This document shows, one piece after another, positions 41,985 through 54,512 of a stretch of DNA of 64,000 nt. The notes under the pieces were generated by a model. That model was not told the DNA's origin and did not search any database. It saw only the letters and a program-made list of their open reading frames with translations. The first letter of the stretch is position 1. Each line of letters begins with the position of its first letter. The position numbers and the translations under genes are program-made. The DNA comes from Camelus ferus (Eukaryota): NCBI RefSeq assembly GCF_009834535.1, contig NC_045697.1:114454001-114518000 (forward strand), read 5' to 3'.

Positions 41985-42995
41985 ATACATATAATTTTTA
42001 TTAAATATATATAAATGTGCATGCATTAATGAGGAGGAAACCGTTTTTATGTCACATTCTCAAATTCATTATCAAAGTCATGCCTGGGTGCATCTGACTT
42101 CTAAGCCTGAGCAGTAATTAAAGGTCACACGTGTAGCGACCCTGTGATACCAGAAGGCTTCAAATGACAATGCTCTCAGGTTTCAGTGCCAGTGTTCACT
42201 CTCCCCGTGGCACACACGGCTCCACTGCTGCTACTTGGCCTGGATTTCTTCTCTCCCTGACACTTCTCTCTGAGCATCTCTGACCCCCTTCTCTGGTTCT
42301 CTGTGCCAATCACTGCCGCTGCCAGAGTATCACTGCTGTCTGACTGCTGTTTGATCTGCCCTTTTCTCAGCGCTGGCAATGGCAGGGAGAAGGGTAGCTG
42401 GCATTGTTCTAGCTCATTAATACAGCATCTGTAAGTGGGTTTTTATTTGGAGAGAGGGGGTGGGATGGACAGGAGAGAAGGGGAGAGAGGTAAGATAGAC
42501 CCAGAGGAGAACAGAGCAGTTTATTCCTTTTGTGATTTTCCAGTGCATGTTTCTCCACTGTAACAATGTGTAGTAATGATCTAACTCCCGGGAGTAGCAA
42601 TGATGTTTCAAGTAAGGAAAATCGAAAGCATTAAAATCATCCAGGGCAGTAACTTCAGTTTCCTTCTCTTAACGCGTAGTGGTGGTTTCTTTACCTGGTT
42701 TTAGACACCGGCGCCACTTCTTCCCGCTTTGATTTGCCCTTCTAACACGATAAGGAAGAATGGTGCTTATCAATTTCATCTTTAGGCATTTAAAAGCAGT
42801 GATGGCCATGTGTCCACCACCAAGAAGGCTTTAGGCTCCTGGAAGAATAGAGATTTAAAATCAGGTAGCATTGTGGCCAGGAGTTTCAGTGGAACAATGT
42901 TAAGAAGCATAGGAAAAAATAAAAATTGTGGATGGATTGAGACACTTTTCTGGTTTCATTACAGTGTCATCTCTCTTTAAACATACTACTGAATC

Positions 42996-43403
42996 TTTTT
43001 TTAACTTTTTACTTCTTAAAATTTTTATACAATTTTAAAGGTTACTTTCATTTACAGTTATTACAAAATATTGGCTGTATTCCCTGTGTTGTACAACACA
43101 TCCTTGAGCCTATCTTTCACCCAGTAGTTTGTACCTGCCACTCCCCCACCCTTACATTGCCCTTCCCCTGCTCCCCACTGGTAAGCACTAAATTGTTCTC
43201 TGTATCTGTGAGGATGCTTTTTTTTAAATTATATTCATTAGTTTATTGTATTTTTTTATATTCCACATGTAAGTAATACCATATAGAATTTGTCTTTCTC
43301 TGACTGACTTATCTCACTTAGCATAGTGATCTCCAAGTCCATCCATGTTGCTGTAAATGACATTATTTCATTCTTTTTTAAGGCCAAGTAGTATTCCATG
43401 TTT

Positions 43404-43445
<42 letters not shown>

Positions 43446-43948
43446 CACACACATATATATAACCACATCTTTATCCATTCATCTGTTGGCAGACACTTAG
43501 GTTTCTTCCATATCTTGGCAATTATAAATAATGCTACTATGAACGTTGGAGTGCATGTATCTATTTTTTTCAGATACATACCCAGGAGTGGAATCACTAA
43601 GTCATATGGCAGTTCTATTTTTACATCCCCACCAACAGTGTACAAGGGCACCCTTTCTCCATATCCTCTCCAACATTTGTTATTTGGGTTCTTTTTGATG
43701 ACAGCCTCTCTGACAGGTGTGAGATGATATCTCCTTGAGGTTCTGATTTGCATTTCCCTGATGATTAGTGATGTTGAGAATCTTTTCATTTGCCTGTTGG
43801 CCATCTGCATTTCCTCTTTGGAAAAATGTCTATTCAGTTCTTCTGCCCATTTTTTAATTGGGTTTTTTTTTTTTTTTTGATGTTCAGTTGTATGAGCTGT
43901 TAATATGTTTTGGATTTAAATCCCTTATCGATCATATCATTTGCAAAT
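42996..43948 (-). mobile_element. 5'-truncated L1 (ORF2 C-terminus + 3' UTR) with internal deletions and (TG)n at 43406-43442
   Basis: ORF 43403..43810(-) matches the L1 ORF2 C-terminus ([22 protein letters not shown]...KCWRG). Confidence 0.92.
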
Positions 43949-46435
43949 TAAAAGGACATGAGTTTCACTTGGTTCATCTAAATATTTTTAAAACAGGTAG
44001 GTAAATTCTAATAACTAGGAGTGCATCCATTGAGAAATTTAGGAAAACATAAACTAGTAATTGACAATATCATGAAATTGTCTAGAGGTTACAATGTCAT
44101 TTTAGGCAAGACCTGCCATTCCCTCTCCACTAATGTGAGCAAAACAAAGAGACTAATGTTTTCTTGGGTAAATACTACTTTCAGAATCAAGTCAGAAAGA
44201 AGGAAACATATCCCAGGAAAAAAAATAGTAAGGGAGACTTCAGGGTAACATTGAATTGGCCAGTGCAAAATAGTCCTATTTAATAAATGTCTCAATGAAG
44301 AAATAGGACGCTCGGTGTATGGTACACTCATCTTGGGACCATCAGGACATTTTGTAATTTAAGATCACAAGTTTTTCCATGATTAAGCTGACTGAAATTC
44401 TTTTATAAAAGTTATTGTTGGTTTATAATTCTCCTGTTAATATATTTATATCAAAATTCTTATTGCAGAACACACATCTGGGTTCTCCATCATAAAAACT
44501 GCATGAGAACTAAGACATATTTAAAGTACTTTGGGGAAGAACATTTCAGTTCTAGGGTTAGTCATCTTTTTGATGGAATTACATGTTAACTTCTTGCTAT
44601 AGAATGAGGATTTAACAGATCGAGAATGTCAGGTTTTACTTTGTTATTTAACAGCGCCCAGCCCGGAGTTTATTGATTGTGTCTAAAAGCAAATTAAAAG
44701 CAATATGGAATTCACTTTCATCAACACAATGTAAACACTAACCAATTATAAAAGACAAATTGAATTTACTGCAGAACTTGCCATGGGCCTGCTAAGCTTT
44801 TAACATTTGGCAAAGAGTGTCTGAAGGGGCATGTTAAATACCTGTTCCTCAACACTTCCCCCTCAAACATTATAGTGTTTCTCTTCATTAAAAAACAAGA
44901 CATAAAAATCATATTATTGCTGTAAGTTGCTTCGTTTTTGAGTCATAACATATTCCTTATCTTTGAAGGTGTGTTTCTTTGTACGTTTAGCAAACGTATA
45001 ATTTTGTTTTCAAAAAAATATGTGTGCAAATGTATAAAACCTGTGTTGTGTGTATACACACACGTGTGTGTGTGTGAGTGCGCACCAGGCACTGTTCTAA
45101 ACAATTTAACATTTTTAGTTCATTGAATGCTCATAAAATCCTCAGACTGTCTGATTTTCTGTTGTAGTTCATGCAATTTCTTTAGAAATCTGTTCTAAGA
45201 AGAAATTAACCTTTGTTAACTTATCACCAGCTTGTTTCTTGAGACATTATGTCATTTTCTATATGAACACTTTCTCAGACAGTGTGAAGTCACCCCCAAA
45301 TATATATACGTATAATTTTTATCTGGTAACTACTAGAAATTTCAGGTGCTAAGTTTACAACCTACTTCTGTGATCATCCTGGTTAGGTATCTGTTACCTT
45401 TTATTGCCCTGCTACTAATCTGTTTTATAATGTCTTTAAAGATATACAAATGTAACTGAAGTATAAGCTATATATTTATCCAAAATGCCTTACATGTCAT
45501 GATATTTAATGCATTAGCAATTTGTAATTGTAATTTTTAATTTCCCTCACAAAATATTTGTCTCAAAATCTTCATTTATCTGAATGATAACTTTTTAAGT
45601 CATTAATTCCCTTCAAAGAATGGATATATTTTATTTTATATCATAATTAAATATAATCAGATACCTATGTTAACATTGTATGTAGTATAAATGTATTGAA
45701 TATGTATATTGAATATTAAAAATGAGGAGTTCAGAGCATGAGAGGAGTAATAAAAATTGCCAAAAATAATACTCTTTCATAAAAATTAAGGTTCAGTGCA
45801 ACAGCATCTACCATCTTTAATTTTTTCTTTGCACATATGCTAATTAATACCCCAGTAATTTTCTATTCCTCTAATTATTTTGTTCTCTCAAATGATAATA
45901 AAGAAAACCCTTTGGTAGTCATAATGATAGGTTAGAATATACTTTAATGCAATTTGGGAGGGAGTCAACATTTCTACTAATTTATTTTCTATAAGGTATG
46001 ATGATCTTGAGTTCTCCTTGTATATATAACATTATGCGCCATGTTCAACTTAGAATATGTCATAATCGTTTTATTTTTTAAATTCTCTAATTAACCCTGT
46101 GGTATCTTCTCTAGAAATGGAAGATAGAGCAAAAGAGGAAGTCACTTTGCTTGCCACCTACCTAAAACAGTAGGTTGTCTAAGTGAATTAGAAGGCAGAG
46201 TTTTTCTCTTACGAACTGTAGCTAATTACCCATAGTTGTTTAATAATGTCACTATTCTTCATCATGGAAAACCCACAACCAATCTTTTATCCATAAAGAA
46301 TTATCAAAGTCAAGTCACTTCCTGACAGTGGTAGGCTTATAATTTCTATGTTAAGAGAAGCTTAGGTGTTGGCAATCTGGCCAAGATGATGTTAGTTAGA
46401 AAAATGTTCTTAGTGAGCAGTTGCTTACACTAACG

Positions 46436-46900
46436 TTGTGTGGTGTCCCACCTGGTCCTCATGACCCCCCTCTTCTGTTACATTCATCCTTGTCATCTCC
46501 TCCCATGTTGAAATTGGTCAGGTCCCCATCATGCATAAAGTAGGGTGGAGGTGAAGCCAGTTCATGAAGGGCATTGAGGCTTTGCCTGGCCCTCTTGGGT
46601 CACTCGTCCTGGGAAAGACCAACTCCCAGCATGTGAGGACACTTGAGCAGCATTGGGGAGAGTCCCATGAATCAAGAACTATGACCTCCTGCCAACAGCT
46701 GACTCAAGTTGCCAGCCAGAGAAGTGAGCCAGCATGGAAGTGGATCCAAGTCAACCCTGCAGATGACTCAGGAAAGCCTCATGAAAAACTCCAAGCCAGA
46801 ACCCTCCCAGAGAAGACACTTCCACCAAGACGTAAAGGTTTTTTGTTGTTGTTTTAGGCCACTAAGTTTGAGACACATTCTTATCCATCATGTCATAACC
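46436..46900 (+). mobile_element. MaLR LTR (MLT1F-like)
   Basis: ctcctgccaacagc...gtgagcca...ggaagtggatcc...cagatgact...ttgttgttttaggccactaagtttg. Confidence 0.75.
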
Positions 46901-49171
46901 ACCGCAGATGGTACGCTTACTTAGTTTGGCACTGGAGGGAAAGGTGGTTACCATTTTGATTTCTTTTGTGTGATGGCTCAAATCTTTGACATGGAAATAC
47001 TTCTTGCATCATGGTTTCAGTCTGACTCATTTGGTTGCCTGGAGTAGACACTCTCTATTTGTTTAAGAAGAGGTTATCGAAAATTGATGTGAATGTTACA
47101 CTGTCAAGGTGAAACAGCCAGAGATGTATCTGTATTCTGAACCCAGAGACTGACATGATGTAGTCAGACAATGGCTGAGTCTCTTGTCTCTCCAGTGGGT
47201 TGCATAGCTCTTCCTTCCTTTCACGTCTTCTTGAGTTCTGGTCTGCGTTCTCACAGATTATCATAGCCCTCACTCTACGCCCTGGTACCTTTTGCTTTAC
47301 ATCCTAACAATTCTGGTTCTCTGTGCTCTCCAATTTCTAACATGATTTCTTGGTTCAAATTACCTCCCCCTCCAAAAGAAACTTATTACCCCATTTCATC
47401 ACTTCATAGACATGAAAACCATGGAGCCATGTCTCGTTTATGAGTTGAATGCTTTAATGTGAGCTTGGCACTGCAGCCTGGTCAGCCAATGCTAGACTTT
47501 AGATTGGGGATCTGTGTAGTCATAGGAGAATCGTCTTCAATCAGTGTGGAAAGAGCGACAGTTTCCCTTAAAAGTGGCTTTGAATTTGGCATATGGCAGG
47601 CAACGTATCTGGCATATCACATAGATCATTCCATCCCCGAAATAGTACATTTTAAATGTCTCCGTATGCACATTCAAAGAAGTTTCAACTACCATCACAC
47701 TAACCACTTGTTTTCTCAGATACATCAAATTTTTATCTATATTTTAAACATTGCCCTTTTTCATTTGCCTGCTGAAGTTCAATTTCTTCAATCCAAAGGG
47801 AAAAAGCATCAATAAGATATCTAGCTAAAATGTTACTGTGAACATAAATGCACTTTATCAAAAAATGTTTGGCGCTGTTGCAGACCTTGCACTTTCGAAG
47901 ACAAGGACCAGCAAAAAACTTATTCAGTGGAAAAGCCAAGCTGTTTACACGAATAGCCATGGAAAATAACTGTTCAGTACTCTAGCAAGCTGCTATGTAT
48001 ACTGTCTTATTGCCGTTGCTTATGTAATAATATTCACCCCCTGTATATATTTTCACAAAGAGATAGCATATTATATATGAAATCCATCATTTGGAATATA
48101 ATTGCAAGTCCCTAAATATAAAATAAGGCTGTTTATTGAAAGGGCATTAATAAAAGTTTCAGGCATTAATAAAACTTTCTGTTGCTAGTTTCCAGATAAG
48201 TTTCAGTTATCTGTTCCATTGAACCATAGTTTCATTATAAGGCATATGTTATCTTCAGAAAGAATTTTACATTTCAGCTAAGTCATGAATATGTATTGAA
48301 AACTGGAGGTCTGTAACTTTGAGCTTTGGATTGTCTAAGTATAAATAAAAGATCTCAGGACTGATCATGTTATGATCCATTAAGAAATGCCCCAGATGTT
48401 TCACAGGATTGCATAGGTAGTGAAAATGAGTCATTGACCCCAACTCTTGTTCCAGACAGGCTGACTATAATAGATAAAAAAAAAAAAACTAAGTTGGATC
48501 TTAAAGGACAAATCAGGGCAAATTAAGTGAAGAGCTCTGGTAAGAGGATTCCTGTAGATGTAACATGTCTAAAGATGAAGAGATTCAAAATGACTTGATG
48601 TTTGGAACGTGAGTTTAAAATGACACGTGCGTATCTTGGAAGCCTTTATGTGCTGTGCTAAGGATCTGAGGATTTTGAGCTCATACACATACACACACAC
48701 ACGCACGCATTATGTTTTTAAGCAAATGAGTGACCTCATCAAGCCTGCATTGATTACAAGTAGCTGTTTATATTGTGTGAAGGAAAAATTAATGTGACAA
48801 AATAAAATCATTTCTATATATAAGCAGCTTTTAAAAATGTGACAAATATCAAAGTAACATCCTAATGGAAATAATGGATTAAGGACATAAATAGAGGAAA
48901 GTTTTATTTATATATTGCAAACATCTTCAATATAATTTATAATCAAACTAATATGTGTGTATATAATATACATATACTCACATTTGGTAAGGTTGCACAC
49001 GCAGGCATGCTCACACACATATACACAACTTATAGTGTATGAACACTGTCTGGTGGTGTTGGCAACTACCTTTGGAAATCAATCTATCAACAAGTCTCAA
49101 TGGCTTTAGATATTTCCCTGCCCTTTGCAAGACCATGTACTAATGGGAATAAGTCCATAGAAGGATGGTCA

Positions 49172-49172
<1 letters not shown>

Positions 49173-49219
<47 letters not shown>
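49173..49219. repeat. (CA)n microsatellite
   Basis: Long uninterrupted CA run. Confidence 0.95.
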
Positions 49220-49222
<3 letters not shown>

Positions 49223-50260
49223 TACACATTTGTATCTATGCATACGTCTACATGAATGATCAGTCAACAATATTTACAGAATTCCTATTATACTATCCTT
49301 TGATGTAGGTACTAGGTTTCAGTTGATGAAAGACGAACAATTGTATTTTTAAAAATTAGAAATCCATGTAGTGAAATAGTGTACAATGATTAAGACTAGG
49401 TATGTTATGATAAATGGTAAATGAACAGGATTTAAAATTATGATTTGTATATGTTGCAAATGCATATATTGTATCAGAAACACTCCCATTTTGTATGCAT
49501 TTATATAAAAAATCAAAAATAATGTAAATTCATATAAGGAAAATACATTCAGCTGCTATACCTGTGTAATTGGATTCAAAGTATTTTTTAAATTTAATGC
49601 ACATTCTAACTTTGTACAATATAATAGAATATGTTCTAAACAGACAATAACAATACATGCAATTATTAAATTAAATAATTTCAGAATAAATGTTATCTTT
49701 ATAACATTCATTCTCTTGATCTAGGAGTAATATAGTGTCCCATCGAAGCATATTTTTAGTGACTATTACACTTGATTTGCTATACTTTTTATATTTTAGT
49801 AAATTGTTGATACATTACACTTTGAGGCAATTGTAAATGAAATCTTCTATTGTATCTTCTAATTCTTGCATGAGAATATAGATTTGGGGGTATTTATTTT
49901 GTGTCTTGTCACTTAACTCTTGCTAATTTTATGTGTACTTTTAATTTAATCTTTGTGACTTTTTACTTTCACATTTTAATTACTAACTTATAATACTTCT
50001 ATAATTTATATTTATTTCTGGGTTACATGAATTGCTCAGTTCACCAAAGTTAATTTCTGTTGACAATCCCAATCCACTATTTGATTCTCAGTTTATTATT
50101 CTCGGTTTGTTCATTTTTTATTAATATAAAATATGCCCCTACTCTTGGTTTGCTAGATTGCTAAGAGGATATTACACTTAGTAGTATGCAATGCACTTTA
50201 TCAGATTACATTCTTAAGTTTAAATTATTTTATTATTCTCATTTGATATACTAATATACT

Positions 50261-50287
50261 ATTGATTGATTGATTGATTGATTGATT
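50261..50287. repeat. (ATTG)n tetranucleotide repeat
   Basis: attg repeated six times. Confidence 0.9.
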
Positions 50288-51282
50288 TGATGAATTGACT
50301 TTTTAACTTAATTTCTACCAAATCCTTCTTTCATTCCAAGAAGATGCCTGTCTATGGTCAAACATCTAATAAATACCCTGGTGAATTTTGCTTCCATTTG
50401 ACTTATAATTTGTCATTATTAGTGAATGTGTCCTGTAATTCCTTTTGCTACTAATATCAATTATTGGCATCCTTTTTGCTGCCTTAACAAAATGAATAGG
50501 AATGTTTCCATCTTGATCTACATTCTAACAATATTGAATACAACTGAAATTATATAATTCCTGAAAGTTAATAAATGCTCTTTATAGAGGCCTCAGACCC
50601 TAAGAGCATCTTAGGAATAAACTTTTTTAAGTAGTTTAATTAGTACCAAGGTTTCTATTCAAATTTCTTCTTTATATTCAGTTTGGATATTTATAGTTCC
50701 TTGGATTTGTTTATGATATACAGACTATCAAATTTATTGCCAACAATTCTACATAAATTAAAATTATAATTTGTATAATCATTCCTTCTTTCTTCCCTCT
50801 CTCCCTCCCTCCTTTTTCTTCCCCCTCCTCCTCTCCCTCCTACTTTTTCTTCTCTCTCTTTCCCATCTATTTTGTTCAGCAATGCATTAAATCAATCACT
50901 ATCTTTTGGCCAAAACTCTTTGGGCCCACATATTGAATTTTTTCATTTTTGCCTTTTTCTTGTTTTATGTGGACTATGATTATATTTGACTTTTTAAAGA
51001 TATTTAATTTGTCAAAGAACTTTGTGAGTTTAAACATGTGTTGTACATTTTCAAATTTGCTTTCTTGTTGTCAGAAAATGTCTAAACAACTTATGGTTAT
51101 TGGAATCTACCTACAGAATACAGAAAGACTTCCTCTTTTCCAGTTACTTTGTGACCACTCTTGAATATCTTTCAAGAAACTTTGAAAATGAAGCCCTTTC
51201 TGTTTGTATCATACAACATTCATTATAAGAACACTAATTCAGTCATGGTAATTGTATTGAAACTTCGTGTTTTTTCCCTTCG

Positions 51283-51992
51283 TTTTTCAAATATTGAAAG
51301 TGATGAGTTAAGAAGCAGAATATGATTGTGGATTTATAAATTTTGTATCCAGTCCAAATCGTTTTTCACTCATATTTTAATGCTATGTTTTTAGTTTATA
51401 TAATTTTATTTTATTTGTTTTTTTAATTGAAGTATAGTCAATTTACAATGTGTCAATTTCTGGTGTACAGCATAATGTTTCAGTCATACCTATACATATA
51501 TATATTCCTTTTCATATTCTTTTTCATTGTATGTCAGGACAAGATATTGAATACAGCTTCCTGTGCTACACAGAAGAAACTTGTCATTTATCTATTTTAT
51601 ACATAGTAGTTAATATTTGCAAATCTGAAACTCCTAATTTATCCCTTCCCTCTCCCATTCCTCCAGAAACCATGTTTGTTTACTATGTCTTGAGTTTGTT
51701 TCTGTTTTTGTCTTCATTTTTTTTAGATTCCACATATGAGTGATATTATATGGTACTTTTCTGTCTTTTTTTTCTGGCTTGCTTCATTTAGAATGACAAT
51801 CTCCAGGTCCATCAATGTTGCTGCAAATCACATTATTTAATTCTCTTTATGGCTGAGTCCTATCATTTTTCAGATACTGAAGGTGATAACTTAAAGAAGT
51901 AGAATATGACTGTAGATTTACACATTTTATATCAAGTCCTAACACTTTTTGCCTCATATTTTAATGTTATGTTTTTAGTTTATATAATTTTA
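51283..51992. repeat. Approximately 126-bp diverged direct repeat (51283-51408 and 51866-51992) flanking an L1
   Basis: Manual alignment gives about 19 mismatches and 1 gap. Confidence 0.88.
51409..51858 (-). mobile_element. 5'-truncated L1 3' end
   Basis: T-rich tail followed by aattgaagtatagtc...ttatggctgagt. Confidence 0.9.
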
Positions 51993-51996
51993 AATT

Positions 51997-52043
51997 TGGG
52001 GTGAAGGTATATCTCAGAGGTAGAGCACATGCTTAGCATGTGC
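51997..52043 (+). mobile_element. 3'-truncated tRNA-Ala-derived SINE (5' half of head only)
   Basis: ggggtgaaggtatatctcagaggtagagcacatgcttagcatg, then similarity stops before the B box. Confidence 0.7.
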
Positions 52044-52082
52044 TCCAATCTTGTTTCTTCTGCATTGATGGTTGGAGTTTTT

Positions 52083-53265
52083 AAAAATAAACTTAAAATG
52101 GCTTAAAGATGTAAATATAAGAGAAGACACTATAAACATCTTAGAAGAAAACATGGGCAAAAGATTATCTGACATAAATCTCAGCAGTATTCTCCTAGGG
52201 CGTTCTACCCAGGCAAGAGAAATACAAGCAAAAATTAACAAATGAGACCTAATTGAACTTACAAGCTTTTGCACAGCAAAGGAAACCATAAGCAAAACAA
52301 AAAGGTGCCCTACAGAATGGGAGAGCATATTTGCAAAAGATGAGACTGACAGTAGCTTAATTTCCAAAATCTATAAACAGCTCATGCAACTTAATAAGAA
52401 AAAAAACAACCCAATCCAAAAATGGGCAGAAGACCCAAACAAGCAATTCTCCAAGGAAGACACACAAATGGCCAATAGGCACGTGAAAAAATGCTCAATA
52501 TCACTAATTATCAGAGAAATGCAAATCAAAACTACAGTGTGGTGTCACCTCACTCCAGTCAAAATGGCCATCATTCAAAAGTCTACAAATGATAAAATCT
52601 GGAGAGGGTGTGGAGAAAAGGGAACCCTCCTACAATGCTGGTGCGAATGTAGTTTGGTGCAGCCATTATGGAAAACAGTATGGAAATTCCTCAAAATACT
52701 GAAAATAGACTTACCATATGATTCAGCAATCCCACTCCTGGGCATATATGGGAGGGAACTCTAATTCAAAAAGATACATGCCTCTCAGTGTTCATAGCAG
52801 CACTATTTATAATAGCCAAGACATGGAAACAACTTAAATGTCCATTGACAGATGACTGGATAAAGAAGTTGTGGTATATTTACATAATGAAATACTACTC
52901 AGCCATAAAAAAGAATAAAATAATGCCATTTGCAGCAACATGGATGGACCTGGAGAATGTCATTCTAAGTAAAGTAAGCCAGAAAGAAAAAGGAAAATAG
53001 CATATGATATCATTTATATGTGGAATCTATGAAAAAAAAGACAAATGAGGTTATTTACAAAACAGAAATGGACTCAGACATAGACAACAAACTTATGGTT
53101 ACCAAGAGGAGAGAGGAGTGGGAAGGGATAAATTGGGAGCTTGAGATTTGCAGATAATAAGTATGATATATAAGATAGATAAACAAGTTTCCACTGTACA
53201 GCACAGGGAACTATATTCAATATCTTGTAGTAATCTATAATGGAAAAGAATACAAAAACAAAAAA
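52083..53265 (+). mobile_element. Lineage-specific L1 (ORF2 C-terminal part + partial 3' UTR), sense to FSTL5
   Basis: ORFs 52384..52764 and 52788..53000 are frameshifted ORF2 C-terminal pieces; the 3' UTR follows and ends in an A-rich tract. Confidence 0.94.
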
Positions 53266-53880
53266 AGTGTTTCTGTCTTAATATTTTATTGATTTAGTCA
53301 ATATGCAATATTTAACAAACATATTGTCTGTTGCCCAGAAATAATTTAACATGAGCCATTAGTGTGCATTAAAATAAACAGGATATACTCAGGTATATTT
53401 TATTCTGTCTGATTTAAAAAGTGAAAACATATACTACTTAAAATTAAGCTACTTCTGCATTCAAAGTCCTGTATTGAGATGAACTCTTCTTGCTCCAAAA
53501 TATTCCATGTGGTGTAGACATATTACATATTATGATTCTTGAGAATTTAAAAAATATAACTTTTTCAGTTAGTAACTCTTAACCATGCTGTCAAATAAGC
53601 AGTTTTAGTGCATATCCTAAAGTTATATGTTAATAAAATTAACTTTAATATCCCATCCTTTTCAGTAATAACAGAATGTTTTTTGTTTATTAGCAAAATC
53701 TTTATTCCATAGAATTGGCTATTTCAAGACATGAACAGAGCAGTAATATCTACTCGTAGCATTTTACTGTTTTATTAATATAGTTAGTTAAATTCACCAT
53801 TACTACACTTATGTGAGTGTTATAACCTGGAGACTGTGACTGCTTTAATAGTTATCTGTATTACTCTGCAAATGAATTTA

Positions 53881-53922
53881 CTCATTTTTCTTTTTCTCCT
53901 TTTTCTCTTCAACATGCTGCAG
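53881..53922 (+). promoter_or_regulatory. 3' splice region of the microexon: branch-point-like CTCAT, polypyrimidine tract, TGCTGC motif and acceptor
   Basis: Sequence ctcatttttctttttctcctttttctcttc-aaca-tgctgcag; YTNAY match at 53881-53885. Confidence 0.7.
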
Positions 53923-53949
53923 TAGCTAACATATTATGGAGAGAAGAAG
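53923..53949 (+). CDS. FSTL5: FSTL5 27-nt microexon encoding (L)ANILWREE(G)
   Basis: Long pyrimidine tract at about 53885-53910, cag acceptor ending at 53922, donor gtacta at 53950. It reads TA GCT AAC ATA TTA TGG AGA GAA GAA G, supplying the ARKT-LANILWREE-GLGIG linker I recall for FSTL5. Phase 1 at both ends. Confidence 0.92.
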
Positions 53950-54334
53950 GTACTAAATTCCATTATTTTTTATATTGTTCTGATTATTCTGTTTAATCTT
54001 TATATTTGTCAACTCTCAGTTCTGATCATTGCCTTATTCATTTTATTTTGACTCAGCATTTTATTTAATCATAAATCAATTTTCTTCTGTAAACCTGCTA
54101 CCATTAAACATATGTATCACTCCTCATCATCTTGATTTGTTATTGACATACAATCAGGCAGAAACACTGCAATATATTGAAATGCTTTTAAGACTATAAA
54201 ATTCAAATGAGTCAAAGGAATGAAAGCAAACTTAAACATAATTTACATACTAACCCCTGATTTAGATCAGAAAAAGAAAAATTGTAAAAGAACATTGCCA
54301 TTTGAAGAGAATATAGTAAATTAATTAAGTTTAT

Positions 54335-54512
54335 AAGCTTGAAGAACCTGGATTCAAATCCGGTCTGCACCACTGTGTAACCTAGGGCCTCCTTCTGTGA
54401 CAGTTTCCTTATCTCAAAAATAAGGATACTTGTTAATACTCAAAAGGGTTTTTAGAAAAACTCCGTACATAAAGTCTACGCTCAGGAAACGGTACCCACG
54501 GTCATTTATTAT
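54335..54512 (+). mobile_element. MIR fragment
   Basis: cctggattcaaatcc...tgtgtaacctaggg...cagtttccttatct. Confidence 0.7.

Noticed and set aside
52384..53000. ORFs with convincing protein-like sequence (also 31140..31508, 30890..31132, 43403..43810, 24053..24241)
   Set aside because: They are C-terminal fragments of L1 ORF2 in 5'-truncated, disrupted copies, not host genes.
51409..53265. Single twin-primed (5'-inverted) L1
   Set aside because: Both oppositely oriented pieces contain the same 3' region and are separated by non-L1 DNA, so they are independent insertions.
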